64,000 nt of DNA from a virus (lineage: Duplodnaviria > Caudoviricetes). Location of the stretch: positions 33,556-97,555 of the IMG/VR virus record IMGVR_UViG_3300030330_004154; one strand, 5' to 3'. Made by a program: the position numbers and the translations under genes. Positions 12,001 to 21,352 of the stretch are shown piece by piece (position 1 is the stretch's first letter; every line of letters begins with the position of its first letter). Under the pieces are notes generated by a model, which worked only from the letters and a program-made list of their open reading frames with translations, searched no databases and was not told the DNA's origin.

Positions 12001-15000
12001 ATTCCGAAAAGGCTGGCTTCATATTTAAATCGAGCTTACTACAAATCTTTGTTACATTTTTGATTGTATCAAAAGGTTGAGAAATTATATTGCCAATATT
12101 TCCAAAATTGTCTTCTTCGTAAATTTCTGGTTGAATATTGTATGTTATAACAACGGTTTTGTTGTCATTTACTAAATACTCTTTTATTTTTTGTACACCG
12201 TCTTCATCGTACCCAGTTGGATCTGCAATCCAAAGCACATCAGCAAGAGCGTAATTTTCATGCGCTGTAAAGTTTTGCTCAACAGTATGTTTATGAGAAG
12301 ATAAAAGATTAAATAGGTCAGATCGACTTTCTTCATCTCTATCCATTACATCAAAGTCAGACATTACATCTGCAAAAGATTCTCTGCCAGTCCAACCTCC
12401 AATTTGGTAAACCACACCCGGATTATCACAGTTTCTTTTTACTATACTTGAATAAAACGCAGGGTTCTTGTCATCTTCACCGGCGCTCTTTTCTGGGTCG
12501 TTACCAAGGTTGATACGGTTTTCTGGTCTAGTAGAAGCTATCATTATAACCTTAGAGCCAACACCAGCATAACTAGGAGCTTCTTGACAAACCAATGGGC
12601 TGTCTGGGGATACTATTTCTGTTTCAAATCCATCGTCCATTATCTGGCTGGCAATTTTACCTTTAGCCTGCAAGATTGGATTTCTAAGATTTAATGCCGT
12701 TGGGTTTGTAAATGTATTTAAGTTAAATGCATTGAATGTACCGCTCGGCCCATTTGTTGGCACAAGTGGTTCATAAATGTTAAATGCTATTTGATCTAAA
12801 TGGTCTGTTGCCAATCTTTGAAATGACGAACCAACCTCAAAACACTCTTTTCTAAATAACTCTGAAGATGTGCATACTTCTGGAATTATAATTTCTGGAA
12901 TAATTTTAATTCTATCTGGAGTTTTTCTAGCAGCAGTTAAAATAGGTCTAGGGTCTTGATATGGAGAATCTAAATTTCCGGGAAGTGGATATTGATCACA
13001 AGCCCTACTTGGATTTGGATTATCGAAATACATAGGCCAGTTGGTTTTATACTCTATTTCTGCGCAGCCAAAAGGACCGCAAATAGAGCAGATAGAATTC
13101 CACTGCGCTCTTAAATCGCCAAATTGTTTAAGGGGAAGTTCTGGCTCTGGATTTAAAGGTTTTAAGGGATCGTTACATGGCATTTGCACACCACTACCTT
13201 TGAATACAGAAACCTCGTTGTCTTTAAGTCTTATCTTAATATCACCAACACCTCTAGCATAAATATTGTCAGTACTAATTTTAGATTCGTATTCACTAAA
13301 AGTTGTGTGATTGTATTCAGGTTGAAATGCTTGCACCACATTGAAAGACCCAGATTCAGCACATTCCAAAAGCGCATCTTCTTGATTTCTTGCAGCTTGA
13401 ACTACCATCCTAGAACCAAGCTTTTCAAGTATTGTATTGACAATATCTGTAGACTTTGCGTATGCGCCGCCATCCTCAAACTTAGGGTCGTTAGCAACAA
13501 GCACTAACGTTCTATCGCCAAGAGCTAGCCATTCCTTGATATTGGTAAGTATTTCTTCTCCACCGTCTTGAGAAATAACATCTCTTTCCGGTGTAATAAT
13601 AAAGGCAACTCCAGCGTCTTGAGGTATCTTCTTTTCAGAAAATTCCATCTTCCTGAACGATCTAGGTTTAGTTCCCTCTTCTGCTACATCAACACCAAAG
13701 TAGATACCCATTCTCTCGTAAGAAATAGAGGTATCATTTTGATTAAGGGATCTATCAAGATTTCCAAATCTAGTAAACTCGACAACACCGCTATGAGGGT
13801 GGTATTTTCTTGATTCAAAAAGTCTGACTGCACCAGCATTTGTTATAGAGGGCCAACGATTATTTCCAGAGCCTAAATCTGTTGTTCCGCCATACCAAAC
13901 ATTAAGGTCATCAAACTCATTGAATGAATCTGTTGGCGCACCAAATGCAACTATATTGCCAGTATCGCTAACTGCACAGCTATACCCAAGCCTTGATGTT
14001 GGAGCAAATTCACTAGCTAAAAATCCCCATGTGCCAGTGTAAGGAATGTCTGTGTACTTATAGTCATATATTTTTTTGTAAAGCTCAATAGTATTAGTAG
14101 CGCCCCAGAAACTAACGTCTGTTCTATAGAAGAACTTATCGGATGCATTTAATTCTAAATAAGATTGTGACTGAGCAATACTTTCCCCGGAGTCTGCAAG
14201 TAATTCATCATACCTATCTATATTTGCAGAAAAATCTAATCTAGTGTTGTCTAGACCATTGTAATCATGACGACCGCTAGCATGAACAAACCAGTCTCTA
14301 ATGTTAGAATACATTCTGTCATTTTCAGTTTCAACTCTTTCAAAAACTTCGCAAGGTCTTGGAGTGAAGGGAGATCCAATAGCAATAATCTTACCATCTT
14401 TACTTATATCAACAGCATGACCAAATCTATCGTGATAGTCTTTGCCTAGTTCAAAGTTCAAAAAATCATCATTGCTTTCATCGTCACCAAGAGCTATTGT
14501 AGAAGCCCTTCTATTGAAAGTTTTAATCTCTTGGACTAAGTTTATATCATCGCCCTCTTTGTCGAAAATGTAAACTTTACCCCCAGAAGAAGGTGGTATT
14601 TGAAATGTTCCAAGCGCAGGGTTAGCGTTAACATCAAAACCACTAGCTATGTATCTAAGCGCATCGTTATTTATAAGATTTCCAGTGTCAAGCGTTTCTT
14701 GTAGTAACTGAACAGAAGCGTCAGCCCATTTTTCTGCAACGCCATTTATTCTATTTACATAACCGCTATTGGGGTATGAAGTTTCTGGATCAATAACGCC
14801 ACTTTGATAAGCATAAGATTGATAGAAATTAACAAAGTTTTTGATAGGTTCATTTATGTCGTCGCCACCCAGACTAGACGGGCTTTCATCTGCAAATATA
14901 CCAAGTATGGGCGGCAACCCGCTATGAGGGTTGTCGGAAACTTTAAAGGCATCTAGGAAAAGAGATTTGATATCTTTAGCAATTGACTCCACAGTAACAG

Positions 15001-16105
15001 TTGCGTCTACGTTAGAATTGCTAAGTTTGTCTATATAGGCGAACTTTAAAAAGTCATGTTTAATAAACTTGGGTGGTCTTGGTGTGTCTGGCCCAACAAA
15101 GTTGTATATCAACAATTTAATATCTAGCTTGGGATTAAAATCAAAATCTGGCCTTTCCCATTTTTCTGCAAAGTAAGTGTAAAGAACATCAAACACCTTA
15201 GCTTCGTTAGCAACTCTATTTATAAGATTATCTAAATTTTGAAACTTGTCTGTAAAAACAGCCATGCAAACAGGGATGCCAGAAACATTCAGGTCATCAA
15301 ACTCTCTAGTCCAAGCTGCATGTGGAGCGCCAACAACAACGGTTTCTTTATTACCACTAGAACTTAACGCAACACTATGTCCAAACTCGCGACCTTCTTG
15401 ACCAATATCCCATTGTTGGAAAGGTATAGAAAATTCAGTGTTGGCACTGTTTTGTGGATACTTGATTGCCGTTCCGGGTGTAGAGGCAACGTAGTCTCTA
15501 ATAAATCCACTTGGTAAAACAAGTTTTTGTTCTAAATCCCAACCTGCTTTTCTGCCTGCAACATCTGTGTTTCTTCTGTACAAAAATACAGCGCCGCCAC
15601 TTGGCATACCGCTTCCATACTCATCGTAAATGGTGAGACCCGGAGCGCCTACGGCCATTAGATTTTCACAAACAGATACGGATTTTCCATAGTGTGTACC
15701 TGAATTTCTACAAGTTACATCAAGAACACCGTCTGGATCATAATCGCTTACAAGTTTAATTCCAGAATAATTAAGGGTTTGTTGATTTTGATCTCCAATT
15801 GTTCCCGGCCCACATATACCATACTCCCATTCTTCCCAGTCTCTAGGTTGAGAAATACCATGCGTCTCACCCGTTTCAATAGCCATTGTAACAAAGTAAG
15901 GTTGGTTTGGAACAAGCTTGGTATATTTTCTTATGTCATAGTAATTGCCAGAATAACTACCGGGGGATTCATTAAATGCCTTTTGTACACTTGGGTTAGT
16001 ATATGTAGCAAAAGCTCTAAATATACCACCATCAACACAAACTGCTGGTCTCCAAGTAACATCATCCGTTATTAAGGCTGGGTCGGTTGCCGTTCTATTA
16101 CTCAT
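9053..16105 (-). CDS. giant FG-GAP-repeat (integrin-alpha-like beta-propeller) virion protein, probable adhesin/tail-tip protein
   Basis: Many FG-x-S/AV...xGAP...GAxY/F repeats (FGHSVAL..VVVGAP; FGHAVDI..IAIGSP; FGYSVDL..IVGCP; FGRSVSV..AIGAP). C-terminal SG-x-DLFVSG repeats. Likely start is ATG 16105, overlapping the upstream stop; the track uses 16138. Confidence 0.7.
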   Translation of the reverse strand: MSNRTATDPALITDDVTWRPAVCVDGGIFRAFATYTNPSVQKAFNESPGSYSGNYYDIRKYTKLVPNQPYFVTMAIETGETHGISQPRDWEEWEYGICGPGTIGDQNQQTLNYSGIKLVSDYDPDGVLDVTCRNSGTHYGKSVSVCENLMAVGAPGLTIYDEYGSGMPSGGAVFLYRRNTDVAGRKAGWDLEQKLVLPSGFIRDYVASTPGTAIKYPQNSANTEFSIPFQQWDIGQEGREFGHSVALSSSGNKETVVVGAPHAAWTREFDDLNVSGIPVCMAVFTDKFQNLDNLINRVANEAKVFDVLYTYFAEKWERPDFDFNPKLDIKLLIYNFVGPDTPRPPKFIKHDFLKFAYIDKLSNSNVDATVTVESIAKDIKSLFLDAFKVSDNPHSGLPPILGIFADESPSSLGGDDINEPIKNFVNFYQSYAYQSGVIDPETSYPNSGYVNRINGVAEKWADASVQLLQETLDTGNLINNDALRYIASGFDVNANPALGTFQIPPSSGGKVYIFDKEGDDINLVQEIKTFNRRASTIALGDDESNDDFLNFELGKDYHDRFGHAVDISKDGKIIAIGSPFTPRPCEVFERVETENDRMYSNIRDWFVHASGRHDYNGLDNTRLDFSANIDRYDELLADSGESIAQSQSYLELNASDKFFYRTDVSFWGATNTIELYKKIYDYKYTDIPYTGTWGFLASEFAPTSRLGYSCAVSDTGNIVAFGAPTDSFNEFDDLNVWYGGTTDLGSGNNRWPSITNAGAVRLFESRKYHPHSGVVEFTRFGNLDRSLNQNDTSISYERMGIYFGVDVAEEGTKPRSFRKMEFSEKKIPQDAGVAFIITPERDVISQDGGEEILTNIKEWLALGDRTLVLVANDPKFEDGGAYAKSTDIVNTILEKLGSRMVVQAARNQEDALLECAESGSFNVVQAFQPEYNHTTFSEYESKISTDNIYARGVGDIKIRLKDNEVSVFKGSGVQMPCNDPLKPLNPEPELPLKQFGDLRAQWNSICSICGPFGCAEIEYKTNWPMYFDNPNPSRACDQYPLPGNLDSPYQDPRPILTAARKTPDRIKIIPEIIIPEVCTSSELFRKECFEVGSSFQRLATDHLDQIAFNIYEPLVPTNGPSGTFNAFNLNTFTNPTALNLRNPILQAKGKIASQIMDDGFETEIVSPDSPLVCQEAPSYAGVGSKVIMIASTRPENRINLGNDPEKSAGEDDKNPAFYSSIVKRNCDNPGVVYQIGGWTGRESFADVMSDFDVMDRDEESRSDLFNLLSSHKHTVEQNFTAHENYALADVLWIADPTGYDEDGVQKIKEYLVNDNKTVVITYNIQPEIYEEDNFGNIGNIISQPFDTIKNVTKICSKLDLNMKPAFSELVSDYLSAQLLDQTPQTINYDYEIVSGCPQGFSWLKNYPSDYTYINYLTTFRDDINDPFRRNEFNIVPVIDTEPSGRIIKYEESLTARKKKFIDQAFFTMQASASVTFPVVDTSGYQVFVNYVSETNDDKIDTGIVISDNSIEDGSFAHDSLTKTEIGNVKQKSYRIQVGTSGTELTVAFDASKHEKIDADSVFVEPRSVRIVSISGCPIPYETVHVTTKTCIDVHDGWEVTCTPSSVIPEQRIVISGVLQPISRSRENYVEPGLVDCETITTEKLIEDGPVVAAEELENFSSFSAGKRRSRIVVISDPTIIQGKCPHYRDNAVGDNQKFLRSLYLPSPQENQQEQKFEKNEEYFETGTKFEYVQKIRSPEAGSPAKYYSLVNEEGLTRRFGKPGVSAKTGKQALYRSDEDDFAPVNVYRQKNPPFDQIESERASFVNLIENTYGVHPRFSGIFRGFGPLTNEQKDEAGIPRFAFEDGKQVEINVIYYPKDEGIRGGITVLQKLTGRDYLDYIDTFSGFPGDLFGYSVDLSDSKLIVGCPFNAFDPNKVWDWTEVSGAPYLSGYKISEYGGAGAAFFFERTGQGTNAKSQFLPFEYKDKLKPESANVGVSGGLSAANIKSQKNIGTERSQDHNDEDFRQTDQFGRSVSVASDMFAIGAPNHDWITEHNHVYDGTSAFLRKEFTAEFDIPAHLYPESSGNPVLNDGAVYTYRHDLTNFGDRSKTVVFAEKLNKQQHRGRFVSTASDPSGTENDKFGVSVAMHRSFRGDSDYTLVGGAINHDYPTSGNHTTGFLKNAGAAFTYDAMLREQPAVIPTESGYIFARVFGPENSRNVSLIVEQPVSGDPITYKASGVVVANRFGEIYLEGSGFDSATKGFTIHRPFVKYVIGTPISGIPIDNSINMVIKAVPGSGQQDMPLFIKDTDGGYVYNNIELYTSGNRDYASGDIDFYVSGNRFFNSGEMDLFVSGVSGVNSASLDLRIRGK

Positions 16106-19100
16106 GTTCGCATACTCCATATCCCACAGTGTTAACACCTCTTATTTCATTGTCCAGACTAAGGCTAGAATAAATATTGTCTCTAGCGTCAATCGCAACC
16201 CCATAATCGTAACTATCCCAATTAAATCCACCTCCAGATGAAGATCCACCGTGAACGTTGTAGATAAACAAAGGCATAGATCCAGAAATTGATCCCGGCT
16301 CTACTATATTAGACTGCAAGTACAATGGCATATTGCCAGTTGTAATTATCGTTCCACTTCCTGAGACAAACAGTGGCGCTTGAAGAACTCTAAAGTTACT
16401 CTCTAATTTTTGCTCACCAGTGCTAAACAGATTTAACGAGTTGTTGTTTGGAGATGCGCTACCGTCTCCAGCAAGATGATCATTAAACAACATTAAGTTG
16501 AAGGGATTTGCTCTAAGGAAATTCCAATAACTACCAGCGCCATAAATCATGCCGTTGTAATCCATCGAACCAACAACAGACTCTTGACTAAGTGGTTTCA
16601 ATACATTTAGAGTCAAAGAAGCGTTTGAATTAGTTCCGTCCGGTTCATTAGCGCCAATTCTCATCCCTAAACCGAATACATTTCCACCGCCACCGCCACC
16701 CATACTACCGCCAGTATTTAGGTCGCTTGTAACTATTTGCTTGCCGTGTACAAACAAGTCAAGAATACCGCTATGCTCCACAGGTAATCGACCTGACGTG
16801 TAAAGATCTATTTGACCGCTTGCGTTAGCAGAGGCTTGGGTATATAAATCTAGGCTGTCTTCAATTCTAACAACACCAGAAATTAATAAATCTAGCTGTC
16901 CACTTTGTGGAACTAGCTGTTGACCACTTGTATATAATTGAAATACATCACCACTTGCATAACCAGAAACACCAAATGTATATAAATCAAGGATACCACT
17001 GTCTACAAGGCCGCCACTAGCAAATAAATCAAGAGAACCGCTTGAAGGATTTGGTTTAACAAAAGCATTCTCTGCTCTAACGTGCGCCGTATGTATTTGT
17101 AGGTTTGATATAAATCCGTCAGAAGATGGGTAGACAATATCGTACTGCAAGAACATATCGTCAACATCTTGAGAGAACAATCTCTCGCTAAAATCTTTTA
17201 CCTTTTGGTCATCTGGGAAGAACGCCCATTGCTCAGATTCGTCACACAAATCTTCATGACTAAATGAGCTTTCTATTTTTATAATTGAGCTAGGGCAAGG
17301 TTCAATATAATGTATACTTCTATTTATCAAACCGTAGTTTTCTGGACTCCAATATGGCTCTTGACTCTTAGTGTAAAGGCTTACAATAAGTTTTGGACCA
17401 CTTGTACATCTGTCCCATTGAATATTACCACTGGTATGATTTGTTAAGATGGTATCAACAACAAGGGCGTTGTCTGTAAACTTATAACCTTGCGGTAAAT
17501 CTTTTCTCACCCTTGGGTAGATTGCATGGAAGTTTTCTGGCGAATCGCTTAAATGAAATCTAACAAAGTCGTTTTCAACCTGAGAGTGGTAAGAAACGCC
17601 ACTGTCTATATTTGCTGGGAATGTTAAATTTGTTCTATTACCATAAGCCACCCCGTCATTTTCAAGATGGAACGATATTAGGTCTCTATTCGTTCTTTTT
17701 GTCAAAGCGTCAAACGATGGACTAAACGCTGGACTTCTAAATGCGCCAATAGTCCAATCGTGATAGCTGTCCTCGTTTACATACTCCCACAATTTAAATG
17801 TATCGTTTACATGAGATTCTTCTGGGTCAAAGAATTTCATGCTTTGATTATCAAAGAATTCTGTGGCTGTTATTTGTTTAAGATTTCTGTCTGGATTTGA
17901 TTGAACAACATTAGATCCACTTCCATCAAACGGGTGTGTAAATGCTATTTCAGCAAGTAAATGTGGTATGTTTCTCTCTTCAGAACAGCCAAAAGAAAGT
18001 CTATTATGTACATGTGACAAGCTGACAGTGCTGCTTGTTGCTCTTAGATTTGTAAATTCACCTTTATGTAGTTCATTGTCTGTGTACAGTCTTATTTTTT
18101 GATCTAAATTTTCATTGTACGTAACAAGTACAGTCAAGGGGAATTGATAACCGCTATAAGGTAGTGTGTCAGAAATTACTTCGCTTCCAGCGGCAGCAAA
18201 CAATTTACCGCCAGAATAACCTACCTGCAAACCAGTATTGTTAGGTGTGTCAAAGGTGTAGAACAGCACTCCAAGGTCATAGTAATTGTAAGTCGCTCCA
18301 CTTGCGTTAGCATCTGGAATAAATCTACTATAAATAGATATTCCGCTCTCAGTGTTAACGTCTGTAAACTGTAGGTTGTCACCACTGCCTACTCTAAGTA
18401 TATTATCGTAACCATCAAATATTTGACCGTAAAGCTCATGGTTTTGGAAATTAACACTACCACTAGCTAACGATGTCCAGTCTGCCGTTTTATATTCACC
18501 ACTGTATCCCGGTAAAATGTCACCAAACAAAGTTCCGCTTGTTAACCTAGAACCAATGTTTTGATGCAAGTCTATAGGTGACGATGTGAATTGTGCATTT
18601 CTTGCGGTAGATATAGGTGTTGCTCTGGAGTAGAAAGTGGTTCCACTTCTTCTACTAAAGTCAATAAGGCAGTCAATGAATGGCGTGTCTAGCTGTGGGT
18701 TCTCAAATCCAAAGCCAAACTGGTCTACATCAAATGGTCCAAACGTAAGACCTTGCATACCGCGCCATCTTCTGGCATAGTTTGTTTTAATTGTACTAGG
18801 CGAAGTAAACTGATGGGGAATACCTTCCAACCTAGACATAGGCTGGAATCCAGAACCAGTGTTTAGATAAGCATCGCCAGACGCCATTCCCGATGGGAAA
18901 AAAGCACCCTCACTTCTTCCAGCTTGAGCGCGACCAATGTCTCCACCTTGAGTAGCCAGAGTAAATGCATTTTGAGGTTTATATCTAACTATAAGATGAA
19001 TATCAGATATAGAAGCGCCACTTGGCAGTGGGAAAATATCTAAGTATAGATTTTCAAAGAAGGTACTCCAACCATAATCTTTTGGTAAACCAAGTTCAAC

Positions 19101-21344
19101 TTCATCTTTAAATATTTTTAATGGAAGTTCATATGTTCTAAATTCTTCACTATCAACAAGCGGATACATTGTCAACTCATAGTGATCTCCACTTGCAGTA
19201 TTTTCAAAGTATGCAAATTTATCAGAAATAGCTTCGCCATCTATACCAAGATCATCTATCCTTGCAAAGCCAGAGGCTGTCGGTGGAGTAAAGAAGTCAG
19301 TGCCAGATGGGTGCTGCAAGAAACCGCCGCTTGGACTTGTAACATTAAGAATGCAATCATCGCTGTAGCCAACTACGTCTAAGAAGAAATCTCTCGTACC
19401 CGCAGATTTTCTAGCTGTCACAGACAAGCTAATAGAATCTATATCATGATAAATATTGTCTGTTTGATTTAACGATACCGTATTCTCTGTATTAAACGCT
19501 CCAGAAGGATGGAATCTACCGTCAGAAAATGTGGGAGAAGTCCATATATCTGCTATAGATTGGTCAAAGGCTACATTGAATGCTCCGGGCGTTACCTCGC
19601 TAACACTGCTTTGACCAGTTCCAAACTTCAGAATTAATTTGCCAGAGTCATTAATAACATCATGAGTTGTTATGTAAGTTTCATTACTCTCATCTGTGAT
19701 GTAAGATATTAATTTTGCGTTATGACAATCATCTAAATTAGAGTACTCTCTCTCATGATCTGTCCAAAGAAGATTGCCAGACTCAGGGAATATAGTTGTA
19801 TCAAAGCCTTTTTCTGGAATATATTTAGGTAGTATTTTTCTTTCTAATCTTTTACCCTTTTCTGGGTTCATCATGATTAGAGGCATGTAGTTTTCTGGAC
19901 TTGGGCCAATTCCGGGAAATCCACTACTCCAAATTTCTATGGTAGATATTCTTATATTGTTGGTTGGCTTGATAGCAATTTCATTACCATCCGGGTCGTC
20001 CTCCATAAACCCATCTGAAAATCCACCGTCAAAAGCATCGTCCATTGGCTCTGCTAAAACATCAAACGATAAAGTATAGCCATTCTTCTTTTGTAGGTCT
20101 GGATATCCGTCTTGCCACTCGTATTTACTTGCAACTACATTATTACTTGGTTTTAAAGAATATGTAGTAAAGTTTTTATACATTCCCGGATGTTTATCGT
20201 CACTTGCGTCACCAAAGAAAGTAAAATCTTCGTATTGAACAATCAAACCGCCGCTAGGGTCTTCAAACTTAATATTTTTAATTGTATATCTGGGTGCAAC
20301 CTCAGATTCAATATTATTAATGGGCGCAGAAACCCTGAATAATATTCTACTATCTAAAGGTTTTAACGTAAAATTGTCTAGATAAAATTTAGCTTGATAC
20401 TCACCCGACGTATGATTAGTGTGGGGAGTCATATAACTACAAATATCATCAGCGACTAATTCAGAATACTCATTGTGGGTAGTATACTTACCTATAAAAA
20501 CGCCTTCATTTATAAAACTAGCTACTGGAAGCGTTACTTCAAGTGGCGCGTGACACTCTGCGCTAGTGTCAATATCGGTTGAACCATATTTACCAACAAA
20601 ATCACCAAGCTCTATAGGATTGCCGTAAAAATGGTCTGGTATTACATCTCCACTAGCATATAGTTTTTGAGTGTTTGAAAAATTTCCTAAATCAAAGTAG
20701 TCTGGGAAATCACCGTGGAATTTGTCTAAGAAGTCTGATCCTATTTCACCAACGGCGTTTAAATCTTGACTTACGCTATAATCTACCGTTAGCCCATCTT
20801 CAATTGAGCTAGTCACCTCTATCGCTAAGTCCAAGAAAATATCGTGCAGTACAATGTCTGACGTTACCTCTAAATCTATTTCTTCATGTACGTTTCTATT
20901 TATGTAAGGTAAGGTATCATGACATCTAAACGTCGTCAAATCGACAAAGTAAGCGCTTCCAACAACAAGGGGCGTTCCGCTTACCTCTTCTATAATTACA
21001 TTGAAAAAAGATGAAGTCGTTGAAAATACTTCAAGCGTAGAAACCACTACCCCGCCGGAAGAAATAGATATTTTGTCTCCAACAAGCACAGGAGTAGTTA
21101 TAGATACAGAATACCTGTTGGGATCACCGGGAATTGTAGAAACCTGCTCTTCAACAATAATTACAGCGGTAGAAGTTAAAGTTTCTATCTCTCTACAGGG
21201 CGATGCTAGAGCAGAAGATGCTTCTATTGTATCAGAAAAATTAAACGGGTCCAAAGACATTAAAGCGTCAATGCCGCCGTTAGCCCCCGGATCAGCAGAG
21301 GCGCTAAAAAGACAATGACATTCTAATTCATGAAGGTATGACAT
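16098..21344 (-). CDS. large acidic virion protein with probable LamG/concanavalin-like domain and C-terminal SG-x-LDLY repeats (1748 aa)
   Basis: Directly downstream of the tape measure. The segment ISIYSRFIP...LQVGYSGGKL...VLVTYNE...IRLYTDNEL resembles LamG-like jelly rolls. Confidence 0.55.
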   Translation of the reverse strand: MSYLHELECHCLFSASADPGANGGIDALMSLDPFNFSDTIEASSALASPCREIETLTSTAVIIVEEQVSTIPGDPNRYSVSITTPVLVGDKISISSGGVVVSTLEVFSTTSSFFNVIIEEVSGTPLVVGSAYFVDLTTFRCHDTLPYINRNVHEEIDLEVTSDIVLHDIFLDLAIEVTSSIEDGLTVDYSVSQDLNAVGEIGSDFLDKFHGDFPDYFDLGNFSNTQKLYASGDVIPDHFYGNPIELGDFVGKYGSTDIDTSAECHAPLEVTLPVASFINEGVFIGKYTTHNEYSELVADDICSYMTPHTNHTSGEYQAKFYLDNFTLKPLDSRILFRVSAPINNIESEVAPRYTIKNIKFEDPSGGLIVQYEDFTFFGDASDDKHPGMYKNFTTYSLKPSNNVVASKYEWQDGYPDLQKKNGYTLSFDVLAEPMDDAFDGGFSDGFMEDDPDGNEIAIKPTNNIRISTIEIWSSGFPGIGPSPENYMPLIMMNPEKGKRLERKILPKYIPEKGFDTTIFPESGNLLWTDHEREYSNLDDCHNAKLISYITDESNETYITTHDVINDSGKLILKFGTGQSSVSEVTPGAFNVAFDQSIADIWTSPTFSDGRFHPSGAFNTENTVSLNQTDNIYHDIDSISLSVTARKSAGTRDFFLDVVGYSDDCILNVTSPSGGFLQHPSGTDFFTPPTASGFARIDDLGIDGEAISDKFAYFENTASGDHYELTMYPLVDSEEFRTYELPLKIFKDEVELGLPKDYGWSTFFENLYLDIFPLPSGASISDIHLIVRYKPQNAFTLATQGGDIGRAQAGRSEGAFFPSGMASGDAYLNTGSGFQPMSRLEGIPHQFTSPSTIKTNYARRWRGMQGLTFGPFDVDQFGFGFENPQLDTPFIDCLIDFSRRSGTTFYSRATPISTARNAQFTSSPIDLHQNIGSRLTSGTLFGDILPGYSGEYKTADWTSLASGSVNFQNHELYGQIFDGYDNILRVGSGDNLQFTDVNTESGISIYSRFIPDANASGATYNYYDLGVLFYTFDTPNNTGLQVGYSGGKLFAAAGSEVISDTLPYSGYQFPLTVLVTYNENLDQKIRLYTDNELHKGEFTNLRATSSTVSLSHVHNRLSFGCSEERNIPHLLAEIAFTHPFDGSGSNVVQSNPDRNLKQITATEFFDNQSMKFFDPEESHVNDTFKLWEYVNEDSYHDWTIGAFRSPAFSPSFDALTKRTNRDLISFHLENDGVAYGNRTNLTFPANIDSGVSYHSQVENDFVRFHLSDSPENFHAIYPRVRKDLPQGYKFTDNALVVDTILTNHTSGNIQWDRCTSGPKLIVSLYTKSQEPYWSPENYGLINRSIHYIEPCPSSIIKIESSFSHEDLCDESEQWAFFPDDQKVKDFSERLFSQDVDDMFLQYDIVYPSSDGFISNLQIHTAHVRAENAFVKPNPSSGSLDLFASGGLVDSGILDLYTFGVSGYASGDVFQLYTSGQQLVPQSGQLDLLISGVVRIEDSLDLYTQASANASGQIDLYTSGRLPVEHSGILDLFVHGKQIVTSDLNTGGSMGGGGGGNVFGLGMRIGANEPDGTNSNASLTLNVLKPLSQESVVGSMDYNGMIYGAGSYWNFLRANPFNLMLFNDHLAGDGSASPNNNSLNLFSTGEQKLESNFRVLQAPLFVSGSGTIITTGNMPLYLQSNIVEPGSISGSMPLFIYNVHGGSSSGGGFNWDSYDYGVAIDARDNIYSSLSLDNEIRGVNTVGYGVCEHE

Positions 21345-21352
21345 TCGTGATT

